This document shows, piece after piece, positions 7,357 through 16,984 of a stretch of DNA of 64,000 bases. Source of the stretch: Flavobacteriaceae bacterium (GTDB taxonomy: Bacteria > Bacteroidota > Bacteroidia > Flavobacteriales > Flavobacteriaceae); assembly GCA_002862705.1 (NCBI GenBank), contig PKDU01000017.1, positions 54,894-118,893 of the forward strand, written 5' to 3'. Position numbers and translations under genes: made by a program. Positions within the stretch are counted from its first letter, which is position 1; each line of letters begins with the position of its first letter. The notes beneath the pieces are model-generated. The model did not search any database. It saw only the letters and a program-made list of their open reading frames with translations, and was not told where the DNA came from.

Positions 7357-8760
7357 ATGAAGTTTAAACTACATACAGATACTTGCGAACTCTTGACCGA
7401 CACGATGACGCCAGTCAATATGTATCTTAAAATTAGAGACGCATACCCTGAAAGTGTGCTGCTTGAAAGCTCCGACTATGGCGCCAACGACAACAGTGTG
7501 GCCTATATATGTTTTAACCCCATTGCCGCTTTTAAGGTTCATAACCAACACATAACAGAACGCTTTCCAGACGGCAGCACTTCCCAAACAGACGTCACAG
7601 CAGACATTTCGGTAGTTGATAAGCTCGAAGCGTTTGCTGCCCGTTTCGAAACAGATGAGCAGCAAAATCGCTTTTTAAGCAATGGTTTGTTCGGCTATAC
7701 ATCTTATGAGGCAGTGCAGTATTTTGAAGACATTGAACTCACCAAAAAAGGAGGCGACGCCGATATACCAGAAATATATTATGCACTTTACCAAAACATT
7801 ATTGCCATCAATGTTTTTAACAACCAAGCCAAACTTTTTGCGCATTGCTACGAAAGCGAAAGCAACCTAGACGAAGTCGTACAATTGCTCAAGGCACCTG
7901 CGCGCGATTCTTATTCCTTTAAAAAAGAAGGGAAAGCATCGTCCAATATGGGTGATGAAGAATTTGTAGACTTGGTTAAAAAAGGCATAAAGCATTGCAT
8001 GCGTGGCGACGTTTTTCAAATTGTACTCTCCCGACGTTTTTCACAAGCCTACAACGGAGACGACTTCAGTTTATATCGCGTGCTTCGCTCCATAAATCCC
8101 TCGCCCTATATTTTCTATTTTGACTTTGGCGGTTTTAAAATTTTTGGCAGTTCACCAGAGGCACAATTGGTGGTGCAAGATGGTTTGGCCGAAATTCATC
8201 CCATCGCAGGTACTTTTATCCGCACCGGAAACGACACACAAGACGAGGCCAGAGCAAACGAATTGGCAAAAGACTTAAAAGAAAACGCCGAGCACATGAT
8301 GTTGGTGGATTTGGCACGAAACGATTTGAGCCGTCATGGACACGAAGTTACCGTTGAAAAAGACCGAGAGGTGCAATTTTACTCCCACGTTATTCACTTG
8401 GTATCCAAAGTAACAGGGCAAAAAAAGAACGATACCGCTACCATGCAAATCGTAGCAGACACCTTCCCGGCAGGAACACTAAGCGGCGCACCCAAACACC
8501 GCGCCATGCAGCTTATCGAATCTTATGAAACCACAGATCGCTCGTTCTACGGAGGCGCTATTGGGTTTTTAGATTTTAAAGGCAACTACAACCACGCCAT
8601 CATTATCAGATCCTTTTTGAGCAAAAACAATGTGTTACACTACCATGCAGGGGCTGGAGTTGTTTCAAAATCAGATCCTGAAAGCGAATTGCAGGAAGTA
8701 TACAACAAATTACGTGCGCTTAATACCGCCATGGACAAAGCAGAAAAACAATTTCCATGA
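7357..8760 (+). CDS. trpE: anthranilate synthase component I
   Basis: 467 aa. LESSD..., PSPYIFYFDFGGFKIFGSSPE, GTLSGAPKHRAMQLI and FYGGAIGF motifs. Confidence 0.95.
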   Translation: MKFKLHTDTCELLTDTMTPVNMYLKIRDAYPESVLLESSDYGANDNSVAYICFNPIAAFKVHNQHITERFPDGSTSQTDVTADISVVDKLEAFAARFETDEQQNRFLSNGLFGYTSYEAVQYFEDIELTKKGGDADIPEIYYALYQNIIAINVFNNQAKLFAHCYESESNLDEVVQLLKAPARDSYSFKKEGKASSNMGDEEFVDLVKKGIKHCMRGDVFQIVLSRRFSQAYNGDDFSLYRVLRSINPSPYIFYFDFGGFKIFGSSPEAQLVVQDGLAEIHPIAGTFIRTGNDTQDEARANELAKDLKENAEHMMLVDLARNDLSRHGHEVTVEKDREVQFYSHVIHLVSKVTGQKKNDTATMQIVADTFPAGTLSGAPKHRAMQLIESYETTDRSFYGGAIGFLDFKGNYNHAIIIRSFLSKNNVLHYHAGAGVVSKSDPESELQEVYNKLRALNTAMDKAEKQFP

Positions 8761-9317
8761 ATATTTTAGTTATTGATAATTACGATTCATTCACCTTTAA
8801 TTTGGTGCATTATTTAGAAGAGCTAGACTGTACTGTTACCGTAAAGCGCAACGATCAGTTTGCCCTTAAAGAAGTGGCTGGTTACGACAAAATAGTACTG
8901 TCCCCAGGGCCTGGAATTCCAGATGAGGCTGGATTACTCAAAGCCACTATCGAAGCGTACGCGAGTCGTATTCCCATGCTTGGCGTTTGCTTAGGCCATC
9001 AAGCTATAGCAGAAGTTTTTGGAGGTTCATTGACCAATCTCTCAACGGTATTCCACGGCGTGGCAAGTAAAATGACCATTACACAAGACGACGCTTTGTT
9101 TGCTGGGCTTCCCAGTTCATTTGATGTTGGACGCTATCATTCTTGGGTAGTTAACAACCCCTTGCCCGAAGGATTTATCTTACTTGCTGAAGAAGAGAAC
9201 GGACAAGTCATGGCGTTCAAGCACGAAACACACCCCATATATGGTGTCCAGTTTCACCCAGAATCAGTACTCACTCCTGACGGAAAACAACTGTTAAAAA
9301 ATTGGGTTGCCTTATGA
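8757..9317 (+). CDS. trpG: anthranilate synthase component II (glutamine amidotransferase)
   Basis: 186 aa. ILVIDNYDSFTFNLV, the GVCLGHQ catalytic Cys motif, and YGVQFHPES. Confidence 0.95.
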   Translation: MNILVIDNYDSFTFNLVHYLEELDCTVTVKRNDQFALKEVAGYDKIVLSPGPGIPDEAGLLKATIEAYASRIPMLGVCLGHQAIAEVFGGSLTNLSTVFHGVASKMTITQDDALFAGLPSSFDVGRYHSWVVNNPLPEGFILLAEEENGQVMAFKHETHPIYGVQFHPESVLTPDGKQLLKNWVAL

Positions 9318-10309
9318 AAGCGATTTTAACACGACTGACACAACACGAAAAGCTATCGCAGCAAGAAGCCAAGGCAGCCTTGCTCTTTATTGGCAGCGGT
9401 GCCGCAGATCCATATCAAGTTACCGCTTTTTTGAGCGTTTATATGATGCGTAGCATTGATGTTGTTGAGTTGGCGGGTTTTAGAGATGCCCTACTCGAGC
9501 TCTGCGTAGCAGTTGACCTTGCTGCCTATAACCCTATTGATTTGTGTGGTACGGGCGGAGACGGCAAAGATACCTTTAACATATCCACCCTTGCTTCATT
9601 TGTAACTGCTGGTGCTGGCGTACACGTAGCAAAACACGGCAACTATGGCGTATCTTCCTCATGTGGCTCAAGCAACGTAATGGAACATTTGGGCATTCGT
9701 TTTTCTAACGATGCTGACTTTCTGGAACGCTGCATAGACCAAGCAGGCATTTGTGTATTGCATGCGCCCTTGTTTCATCCTGCCATGAAACACGTAGCAC
9801 CCATTAGGCGTGCACTCCAACTCAAAACCTTTTTTAATATGCTAGGGCCTTTGGTCAATCCATGTATGCCTAAACGTCAAATTGTTGGGGTATTTAATTT
9901 AGCACTGATGCGGCTTTATGGATACTTATTTCAAAATTCAGACAAGCAGTTTTGCGTCTTGCATGCCCTTGACGGTTATGATGAAATCTCCTTGACAGGC
10001 GCAACTAAAATCATTTCCAATGCGGGAGAACGCCTTATTCGCCCTGTAGACTTTGGGCTTAAACCCCTTGCGGCAGAAGCCATTGGCGGGGGCAATACGG
10101 TTGAAGATGCAGCTGCTATTTTTACTGCAGTACTTCAAAACGAAGGCACGGCCGCACAAAAGCAAGTAGTCTGTGCCAACGCTGGTACTGCCATTGCAAC
10201 AGCACTGAACATTTCGATAGCAGCGGGGTATGCCAAGGCACAAGAGTCTATTGAATCAAAAAAGGCACTAGGAGCCTTTACCAAACTATTAGCACTGAGC
10301 AAAGCATGA
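9314..10309 (+). CDS. trpD: anthranilate phosphoribosyltransferase
   Basis: DLCGTGGDGKDTFNIST and KHGN motifs. ATG at 9314 overlaps the trpG stop (ATGA). The track ORF starts at 9302. Confidence 0.93.
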   Translation: MKAILTRLTQHEKLSQQEAKAALLFIGSGAADPYQVTAFLSVYMMRSIDVVELAGFRDALLELCVAVDLAAYNPIDLCGTGGDGKDTFNISTLASFVTAGAGVHVAKHGNYGVSSSCGSSNVMEHLGIRFSNDADFLERCIDQAGICVLHAPLFHPAMKHVAPIRRALQLKTFFNMLGPLVNPCMPKRQIVGVFNLALMRLYGYLFQNSDKQFCVLHALDGYDEISLTGATKIISNAGERLIRPVDFGLKPLAAEAIGGGNTVEDAAAIFTAVLQNEGTAAQKQVVCANAGTAIATALNISIAAGYAKAQESIESKKALGAFTKLLALSKA

Positions 10310-11091
10310 GTATTTTAGCACAAATCGTCGTAGATCAACGTAAGGAAGTTGCCTTAAAAAAGGCACTTGTTTCCCTGGCGCAGCTACAAGCCATGCCGCT
10401 GTATGAAAGGCAGACTATCTCTTTTGCCGATGGAATTAAGAATACCCCTTTGGGAATCGTGGCCGAACATAAACGTCGTTCTCCATCTAAGTCAAAAATA
10501 AAATTACACTCCAGAGCAGCAGCGGTAGCAGCAGGATATGAGCAAGCCGGTGTGGCAGCCATGTCTGTACTTACCAATGGACAATATTTTGGTGGTTCCT
10601 TAGAAGATTTACTCTTAGCACGTGCTGCGTGTACACTTCCGCTATTACGTAAAGAGTTTATTGTAGAACCCTATCAAATCCACGAAGCCAAAGCCTATGG
10701 AGCTGATGCCATATTGCTTATTGCAGCTTGTCTTAATGCCGAAGAAACCCATCAACTTGCAAAAACGGCAAAAGCTATTGGGCTGGACGTGCTTTTGGAA
10801 GTGCACAATTTAGAAGAGTTGGAGCAAGCGCCGTTGACATATGTCGATGTAGTTGGGGTGAACAACCGCAACCTCAAAGACTTTTCGGTAGACTTAACTA
10901 CCAGCCTTACACTGGCAGGGCATATTCCAAGCGATAAAGTAAAAATTTCTGAAAGTGGGATTTCGTCTTACGATGCCATTGAAAAACTTATGCAAGCTGG
11001 CTTTGACGGCTTTTTGATGGGAGAGCATTTTATGCTTCAAGACAAGCCTGGTGAAGCCGCACAAAAATTCATTCAAAACGTTAAGTCATGA
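10306..11091 (+). CDS. trpC: indole-3-glycerol phosphate synthase
   Basis: 261 aa. IVAEHKRRSPSK, LRKEFIVEPYQI, VGVNNRNLKDF. Confidence 0.93.
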   Translation: MSILAQIVVDQRKEVALKKALVSLAQLQAMPLYERQTISFADGIKNTPLGIVAEHKRRSPSKSKIKLHSRAAAVAAGYEQAGVAAMSVLTNGQYFGGSLEDLLLARAACTLPLLRKEFIVEPYQIHEAKAYGADAILLIAACLNAEETHQLAKTAKAIGLDVLLEVHNLEELEQAPLTYVDVVGVNNRNLKDFSVDLTTSLTLAGHIPSDKVKISESGISSYDAIEKLMQAGFDGFLMGEHFMLQDKPGEAAQKFIQNVKS

Positions 11092-11696
11092 AGTGGAAAG
11101 TATGTGGCATGCGAGAAGCCAAAAATATTTTAGAAGTAGCTGCACTACAGCCTGACTATATGGGATTTATTCTGTGGGAGGGTTCAAAAAGGCATTGCCC
11201 AAAACCACCGCAAGTTCCTCAGGACGTTACCAAAGTAGGCGTGTTTGTTGATGCAACTGTTGCTGAAATTGAAGATGCTGTTGAGGCTTATAAACTCGGT
11301 GCCGTACAATTGCACGGCAATGAGTCTCCTGGACTATGTCGTGAACTACAAGGCAAAACACAAGTCATCAAGGCATTTGGTGTGGGAGAAGGTTTTGACT
11401 TTGACACACTTCTAAACTACCTGCCCTATTGTGATTTTTTCTTGTTTGACACCAAAGGGCCAATGCCAGGTGGAAATGGGACTACTTTTGATTGGTCCAT
11501 TTTAGAAAAGTATGCCTTTGATTTGCCTTTTTTTATAAGTGGGGGCATCGGACTAGCAGAGATAGAAAAGATTAACGAACTTCGCGAAACAGGTTTGCCG
11601 GTTTATGCGATTGATATCAACAGCAAGTTTGAAATAGCTCCAGCACTTAAAGATGCTGAGCAATTGAAAAAATTTAAAGAAAAATTAGCGCTATGA
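11088..11696 (+). CDS. trpF: phosphoribosylanthranilate isomerase
   Basis: 202 aa. KVCGM..., VQLHGNES, GGLAEI-type C-terminus. ATGA overlaps on both sides. Confidence 0.9.
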   Translation: MKWKVCGMREAKNILEVAALQPDYMGFILWEGSKRHCPKPPQVPQDVTKVGVFVDATVAEIEDAVEAYKLGAVQLHGNESPGLCRELQGKTQVIKAFGVGEGFDFDTLLNYLPYCDFFLFDTKGPMPGGNGTTFDWSILEKYAFDLPFFISGGIGLAEIEKINELRETGLPVYAIDINSKFEIAPALKDAEQLKKFKEKLAL

Positions 11697-12877
11697 ATAC
11701 ATACAATGCAAACGAAAAAGGATATTACGGGGATTTTGGCGGGGCCTATATTCCTGAGATGCTATACCCAAACGTTGAGGAACTGCGTCAGAACTACCTT
11801 GAAATTACCGCCAAGGACGAATTTAAAAAAGAATTTGATCAGCTGTTAAGAGATTATGTGGGCCGCCCTACCCCACTGTATTTTGCCGAGCGTTTATCCA
11901 AAAAATACAACACAAAAATATATTTAAAACGCGAGGATTTATGCCATACTGGTGCGCATAAAATCAACAATACCATAGGGCAAATTCTATTGGCCAAGCG
12001 ACTGAACAAAACGCGCATTATTGCAGAAACAGGCGCAGGACAGCACGGTGTTGCCACGGCAACCGTTTGCGCACTTATGGGCATAGAATGTATTGTTTAT
12101 ATGGGCGAATTAGACATCAAACGTCAGGCACCCAACGTAGCGCGCATGAAAATGTTGGGCGCAGAGGTTAGACCAGCGCAATCTGGTAGCAGAACCCTTA
12201 AAGACGCTACTAACGAGGCCATCCGTGATTGGATCAACAACCCTGTTGATACACACTACATTATTGGCTCTGTTGTCGGGCCACACCCCTACCCAGACAT
12301 GGTAGCGCGTTTTCAGTCCGTTATTAGTGAAGAATGTAAAACACAATTGCAAGAAGCTGAAGGTCGAGATTATCCAGACCACGTGATTGCCTGTGTTGGT
12401 GGAGGCAGTAATGCCGCCGGCATCTATTATCATTATTTAGATGACCCAAGGGTAAATATCATTGCAGTGGAAGCTGCTGGAAAAGGGATTGATTCTGGCG
12501 AAAGTGCGGCTACCTCCGCTTTGGGAAAAGAGGGCATCATTCACGGAAGCAAAACGCTGCTCATGCAAACCGCTGATGGGCAAATTACCGAGCCTTATTC
12601 CATTTCTGCTGGACTAGATTATCCGGGTGTTGGTCCCATGCATGCACATTTGTATCGCAGCCAACGCGCTGAGTTTGTTTCTATTCCAGACCAAGAAGCT
12701 ATGGATTGGGGGCTAAGCCTTTCGCAAATGGAAGGCATCATACCAGCTATCGAAACGGCTCATGCTTTTGCTGTTTTGGATGAGCGCAAATTTAAACCTA
12801 ACGACATATTGTTGTTCAACTGCTCTGGTCGTGGTGATAAAGACCTTGAAACTTATATAGACTATTTTAAGTTATAG
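11693..12877 (+). CDS. trpB: tryptophan synthase beta chain
   Basis: 394 aa. YLKREDLCHTGAHKINN (PLP lysine), ETGAGQHGVATA, GGGSNAAG. Confidence 0.96.
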   Translation: MNTYNANEKGYYGDFGGAYIPEMLYPNVEELRQNYLEITAKDEFKKEFDQLLRDYVGRPTPLYFAERLSKKYNTKIYLKREDLCHTGAHKINNTIGQILLAKRLNKTRIIAETGAGQHGVATATVCALMGIECIVYMGELDIKRQAPNVARMKMLGAEVRPAQSGSRTLKDATNEAIRDWINNPVDTHYIIGSVVGPHPYPDMVARFQSVISEECKTQLQEAEGRDYPDHVIACVGGGSNAAGIYYHYLDDPRVNIIAVEAAGKGIDSGESAATSALGKEGIIHGSKTLLMQTADGQITEPYSISAGLDYPGVGPMHAHLYRSQRAEFVSIPDQEAMDWGLSLSQMEGIIPAIETAHAFAVLDERKFKPNDILLFNCSGRGDKDLETYIDYFKL

Positions 12878-12991
12878 CTTTTGAAAAAAAATTGTAAATT
12901 GGTGTTTAAATCTGCCCCCAATCTTATTCAAAAACGGAGTTCAATATATTTTTAGTTTATGAAGTTGAAAGGGGTGTTAAATACACCATTC

Positions 12992-13402
12992 ATGAAAGCG
13001 TTCAAGAAATTTATTAGTAAAGGTAACGTCATCGAGTTAGCTGTAGGTCTTATCATGGCCACTTACTTCGGTGCAATTGTAAAATCATTGGTTAACGACA
13101 TTATTATGCCGCCAGTGGGAAAACTCATCGGGGGCATTGACTTCGCCTCATTCAAATATGTAATCCAACCTGCTGTTGAAGCAGAAGGAACTGTGGAAAT
13201 TGCCATCAGGTATGGCGTGTTTATAAACACCATTATTACATTCCTTATTGTAGCATTTGCTATTTTTTTGGTAGTGCGGTTTTACAACAAACTTAAAGAC
13301 AAGTTTGAAGCGGAAAAGGAAGTGGCATCAGCTGCCCCACCTGCGCCATCCAAAGAAGAAGTGTTGCTGACGGAAATCAGAGACTTACTCAAAAAAAAGT
13401 AG
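12992..13402 (+). CDS. mscL: large-conductance mechanosensitive channel
   Basis: [41 protein letters not shown] is the MscL N-terminus/TM1 pattern. An alternative upstream ATG lies at 12959. Confidence 0.88.
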   Translation: MKAFKKFISKGNVIELAVGLIMATYFGAIVKSLVNDIIMPPVGKLIGGIDFASFKYVIQPAVEAEGTVEIAIRYGVFINTIITFLIVAFAIFLVVRFYNKLKDKFEAEKEVASAAPPAPSKEEVLLTEIRDLLKKK

Positions 13403-13438
13403 CGCAAACTTTTAGTTGCTTGGCCTTTTGTAAAAGAG

Positions 13439-13446
13439 TATTTTTG
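13439..13446 (+). promoter_or_regulatory. candidate -7 box TATTTTTG upstream of trpA
   Basis: Matches TAnnTTTG, 28 nt upstream of the ATG at 13475, in the mscL-trpA spacer. Confidence 0.3.
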
Positions 13447-13474
13447 GGCTTTAAATAAAGTGAGCCTTTATTAT

Positions 13475-14236
13475 ATGAATCGCATTCAATCCGTACTCGA
13501 GCAAGACCACAAGTTACTCTCCATCTATTTTACTGCTGGTTTTCCAAAACTGGAGGACACTGTTAGTATCCTAAAACAGCTGGAAGCTTCGGGGGTAGAC
13601 ATGATTGAATTGGGCTTGCCCTTTTCAGATCCCTTGGCCGATGGTCCTACCATCCAAGAAAGCTCTACACAAGCCCTAAAAAACGGCATGACCACCGACA
13701 GGTTGTTTGATCAACTAAAAGACGTAAGGGCGCATGTTAGTGTACCGCTAATTGTAATGGGATATTTTAATCCCATGATGCAATATGGCGTGGAACGCTT
13801 TTGTCAACGCTGTAAAGAAGTGGGCATTGATGGACTTATTGTTCCAGATCTTCCCGTAGATGTATATCATGAGCAATACCGAGATTTGTTTCAACAATAC
13901 GGACTGCTGAATATGTTTTTGATAACGCCGCAAACGCCTGATGCGCGCATTCGCTTTATAGACGAGGTTTCAGAGGGTTTTATATATATGGTAAGTAGTG
14001 CTGCAACAACGGGTGCGCAAAGTAGTTTTGGCGATACGCAAGCCGAATACTTTAAACGCATTGGCGGAATGGAACTGAATGCCAAACTCTTGGTTGGGTT
14101 TGGAATCAGCAACGCGGAGACCTATCAAGCAGCTACAACTCACAGCAAAGGAGCCATTATTGGTTCGGCATTTATCAAACACCTAGAAGCAAATGGAGCG
14201 AATAGTGTGGCAGATTTTATTTCGCAAATTCGTTAG
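13475..14236 (+). CDS. trpA: tryptophan synthase alpha chain
   Basis: LSIYFTAGFP, ELGLPFSDPLADGPTIQ, GFGIS motifs. The track ORF begins at GTG 13460, but ATG 13475 is preferred. Confidence 0.93.
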   Translation: MNRIQSVLEQDHKLLSIYFTAGFPKLEDTVSILKQLEASGVDMIELGLPFSDPLADGPTIQESSTQALKNGMTTDRLFDQLKDVRAHVSVPLIVMGYFNPMMQYGVERFCQRCKEVGIDGLIVPDLPVDVYHEQYRDLFQQYGLLNMFLITPQTPDARIRFIDEVSEGFIYMVSSAATTGAQSSFGDTQAEYFKRIGGMELNAKLLVGFGISNAETYQAATTHSKGAIIGSAFIKHLEANGANSVADFISQIR

Positions 14237-14247
14237 TTGGATTAAAT

Positions 14248-14262
14248 TCAGCCTTTGGCTGA
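14248..14262 (+). terminator. candidate hairpin after trpA (no U-tract)
   Basis: TCAGCC-ttt-GGCTGA, 12 nt after the trpA stop. Confidence 0.3.
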
Positions 14263-14314
14263 CTTAAACCTCAAAGACTTACGTTTCAATATTAAGAGTG
14301 CTTCTTTTTAAATG

Positions 14315-14322
14315 TAAATTTG
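14315..14322 (+). promoter_or_regulatory. candidate -7 box TAAATTTG upstream of the bTHX gene
   Basis: Matches TAnnTTTG, 100 nt upstream of the ATG at 14423. Confidence 0.3.
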
Positions 14323-14422
14323 TACCTTTAGAACGTAATCAGTCCCTAAATCTGTTTTACTTACCAGACTACATCTGTACGTTCCTGTTTTCTAACATGT
14401 TTTAGGGCTTAATAACTAAACC

Positions 14423-14539
14423 ATGGGCAAAGGAGATAAAAAAACCCGCCGCGGTAAGATTGTCAATAAAAGTTATGGTGTTAGAAGGCTTAAACCTAAA
14501 AAGAAAAGGAAACTCAGCGCACAAAAACAGGCGCAGTAG
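14423..14539 (+). CDS. 30S ribosomal protein bTHX
   Basis: Not in the ORF track because it is under 60 aa. Translation is MGKGDKKTRRGKIVNKSYGVRRLKPKKKRKLSAQKQAQ. The MGKGD.K.RRGKI start matches the THX family as I recall it. Confidence 0.7.
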   Translation: MGKGDKKTRRGKIVNKSYGVRRLKPKKKRKLSAQKQAQ

Positions 14540-15278
14540 CATCTGTAGTTTCTGCTTCGCTGTAGGCATACCCATCGGCTTCAAAAGCCAATACATCTGA
14601 AATTGTAGCTGCATTTACTTCTAACAAATATCGTGTCATTAAACCTCTTGCCTTTTTTGCGAAGAAGGAAATGATTTTGAACTTACCGTTTTTGAAATCC
14701 TTAAAAACTGGGCTGATCACAGGATTTTCGAGTGCTTTAAAATCTATGGCACTAGCGTATTCTTTACTGGCTAAATTTAGCACCAATTCATCTGCAGTCA
14801 GCTCTTTTTTCATATGAGCGGTTAGCTTAGCTTTCCAAAAAGTATAGAGGGTGTTAGCTCCATTAATGCCAAAAGAGGTGCCCATTTCCAAACGATAGGG
14901 TTGCATCAAGTCCAATGGTTTTAAGAGACCATAAAGCCCCGACAAAATACGAAGGCTGCTTTGTGCCACTCCAAGAGCGGCTTCGTCTAATGTATATGCA
15001 TCTAAACCTGTAAAAACATCTCCATTAAATGCGAACACAGCGGGGCGTGCATTATCAGCCGTAAAAGGCGTTGCGAAATCTTGGTTTCGTTCCCAGTTTA
15101 AGGCGGCTAATTTTTCAGATATGCCCATGAGCGCTTGCAAGTCTGACGGCTTCTTTAGGCGTAGTGCAGCATTGAGTTCTTCAGCTTCAGTTAAGAATAC
15201 TGGCTGGCTGATTTCAGCAGTTGGAAGCGAACTTGTGTAGTCAAGTGACTTGGCGGGCGAAATAAGAATTTTCATCAC
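14514..15278 (-). CDS. yaaA: peroxide stress protein YaaA (UPF0246/DUF328)
   Basis: 254 aa. MKILISPAKSLDY...YGLLKPLDLMQPYRLEM is the YaaA signature. Confidence 0.9.
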   Translation of the reverse strand: MMKILISPAKSLDYTSSLPTAEISQPVFLTEAEELNAALRLKKPSDLQALMGISEKLAALNWERNQDFATPFTADNARPAVFAFNGDVFTGLDAYTLDEAALGVAQSSLRILSGLYGLLKPLDLMQPYRLEMGTSFGINGANTLYTFWKAKLTAHMKKELTADELVLNLASKEYASAIDFKALENPVISPVFKDFKNGKFKIISFFAKKARGLMTRYLLEVNAATISDVLAFEADGYAYSEAETTDATAPVFVR

Positions 15279-15351
15279 TATTTTTTTTTTAAAAATACGA
15301 TACTAAAATCAAGTTTTCAACTTACACCTATAAAACAAACTGATAACACTT

Positions 15352-16377
15352 TCAGGAATTACCCAAGTGCTGGTGTTGGGCATAGTTGCGCCATTTTTCA
15401 ATAGCCCCGCTAAAATCATCAGGCAAAGGCGCTTCAAAAGACATCTTTTTCTTTGTTTCGGGATGCACAAATCCGAGCGTTTGGGCGTGTAGTGCTTGAC
15501 GTGGCAACTGCTTAAAGCTGTTGTCCACAAACTGCTTGTATTTGGTAAATGTGGTGCCCTTTAAAATTTTATCACCCCCATAGCGGGCATCATTAAACAA
15601 GGTATGCCCTATGTGCTTCATATGTGCTCTAATCTGGTGCGTACGCCCTGTTTCCAATACACACTTTATCAAAGTCACATATCCAAAACGCTCTACAACT
15701 TCATAATGGGTAATGGCAACCTTGCCCTGATCTCCATCTGGAAAAACGGTCATCAGTAACCTGTTTTTTGGGTCACGACCCAAATGGCCGTCTACCATTC
15801 CTTTTTCGTCTGCAACATCACCCCAAACAAGTGCCAAATACTGGCGCTCAGATGTTTTGTTGTGAAATTGCTGCGCCAAATGCGCCATGGCTTTATCTGT
15901 TTTAGCTACGACCAAAAGTCCAGAAGTGTCCTTATCAATACGGTGAACCAACCCCGGCCGATTATTGCTGTTTTTAGGGAGCTGGTCGAAATGATAAATA
16001 AGTCCGTTTATAAGCGTTCCCGTATAATTTCCGTGCCCTGGGTGCACCACAATGCCAGCAGCTTTATTGACCACCAAAAGGCTGTCATCTTCAAATACAA
16101 TATCAAGTGGCATATCTTCTGGTACAAGTAAATCTTCATGTGGAGGATGTGCTAGAAAAACACGAACTACATCGCCGGCCTTTACGCGATAGTTAGACTT
16201 AACCGCTTGGTCATTTACGTGAATATAGCCAGCTGTTGCTGCTTGTTGGATTTTGTTACGCGTGGCGTTTTCGATGCGATTCATTAAAAACTTGTCTACC
16301 CGCAAGGGCTCTTGACCAGCATCTGCACCAAAGGAGTAGTGTTCGTGAAGTGCATCAAAATTGCTTTCTTGCTCCAT
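15352..16377 (-). CDS. rluD: RluA-family 23S rRNA pseudouridine synthase (RluD-like)
   Basis: 341 aa. N-terminal S4-like domain, HRIDKDTSGLLVVAKT catalytic Asp motif, and GRTHQIRAH. Confidence 0.88.
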   Translation of the reverse strand: MEQESNFDALHEHYSFGADAGQEPLRVDKFLMNRIENATRNKIQQAATAGYIHVNDQAVKSNYRVKAGDVVRVFLAHPPHEDLLVPEDMPLDIVFEDDSLLVVNKAAGIVVHPGHGNYTGTLINGLIYHFDQLPKNSNNRPGLVHRIDKDTSGLLVVAKTDKAMAHLAQQFHNKTSERQYLALVWGDVADEKGMVDGHLGRDPKNRLLMTVFPDGDQGKVAITHYEVVERFGYVTLIKCVLETGRTHQIRAHMKHIGHTLFNDARYGGDKILKGTTFTKYKQFVDNSFKQLPRQALHAQTLGFVHPETKKKMSFEAPLPDDFSGAIEKWRNYAQHQHLGNS

Positions 16378-16379
16378 AA

Positions 16380-16943
16380 CTACTCTACTGGTTTCTTGCC
16401 ATTACCCAATACCAAATCCACCCGCGATGTCTTGGGAAGCTTATCGCCAGGCGCAATAGGCATTTGGTTATAACGCAATTGTAAAACCATGTCTTTACCG
16501 ATATTGTCCTGATATAAAATTTCACCTATTTCCAAACCCACTGCGCGAAGGGTTGACTCCGCAGAACGCCGTGTGATTTGAATAACATCAGGTAGAGTTA
16601 CCTCGTTGTAGTTAGCTGGATTTAGTGTCAAATATATTTTTCTATTTTTCTTAACCAATTCGCCTGCAAGCGGAGTTTGCTCAATTACAGCAAAAGGGGC
16701 ATATTCCAGGTTGAATCGAGCTGAATCAATAACTTCATAATTGAGGTCTTGGTCTTGCAAAAGCGCTTCTGCATTTGTAATGGTCATGGTATTTAGGTCA
16801 GGAACTTCAATAAAATTACCTTGCCGGGTATGCCAATTGAGTCCATAAAAAGTCAATAGCAACAGCGCTGTAACAGCGATAAGCACCAAAAGTAAGTTCC
16901 AAAAAAAGGTCCTGCTGAATAAAAAACGTAAGAAGCGAAGCAT
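16380..16943 (-). CDS. PASTA domain-containing membrane protein
   Basis: A TM segment is followed by two PASTA-like units (VPDLNTMTITNAEALLQ...; LPDVIQITRRSAESTLRAVGL). ATG 16943 is preferred over the track start 17024. Confidence 0.65.
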   Translation of the reverse strand: MLRFLRFLFSRTFFWNLLLVLIAVTALLLLTFYGLNWHTRQGNFIEVPDLNTMTITNAEALLQDQDLNYEVIDSARFNLEYAPFAVIEQTPLAGELVKKNRKIYLTLNPANYNEVTLPDVIQITRRSAESTLRAVGLEIGEILYQDNIGKDMVLQLRYNQMPIAPGDKLPKTSRVDLVLGNGKKPVE

Positions 16944-16962
16944 AAGGTGTTTCAATGAAGTC

Positions 16963-16970
16963 CAAAAATA
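16963..16970 (-). promoter_or_regulatory. candidate -7 box TATTTTTG (PASTA-rluD operon)
   Basis: Matches TAnnTTTG on the minus strand, 19 nt upstream of the ATG at 16943. Confidence 0.3.
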
Positions 16971-16984
16971 ATGATATTTGCGGT

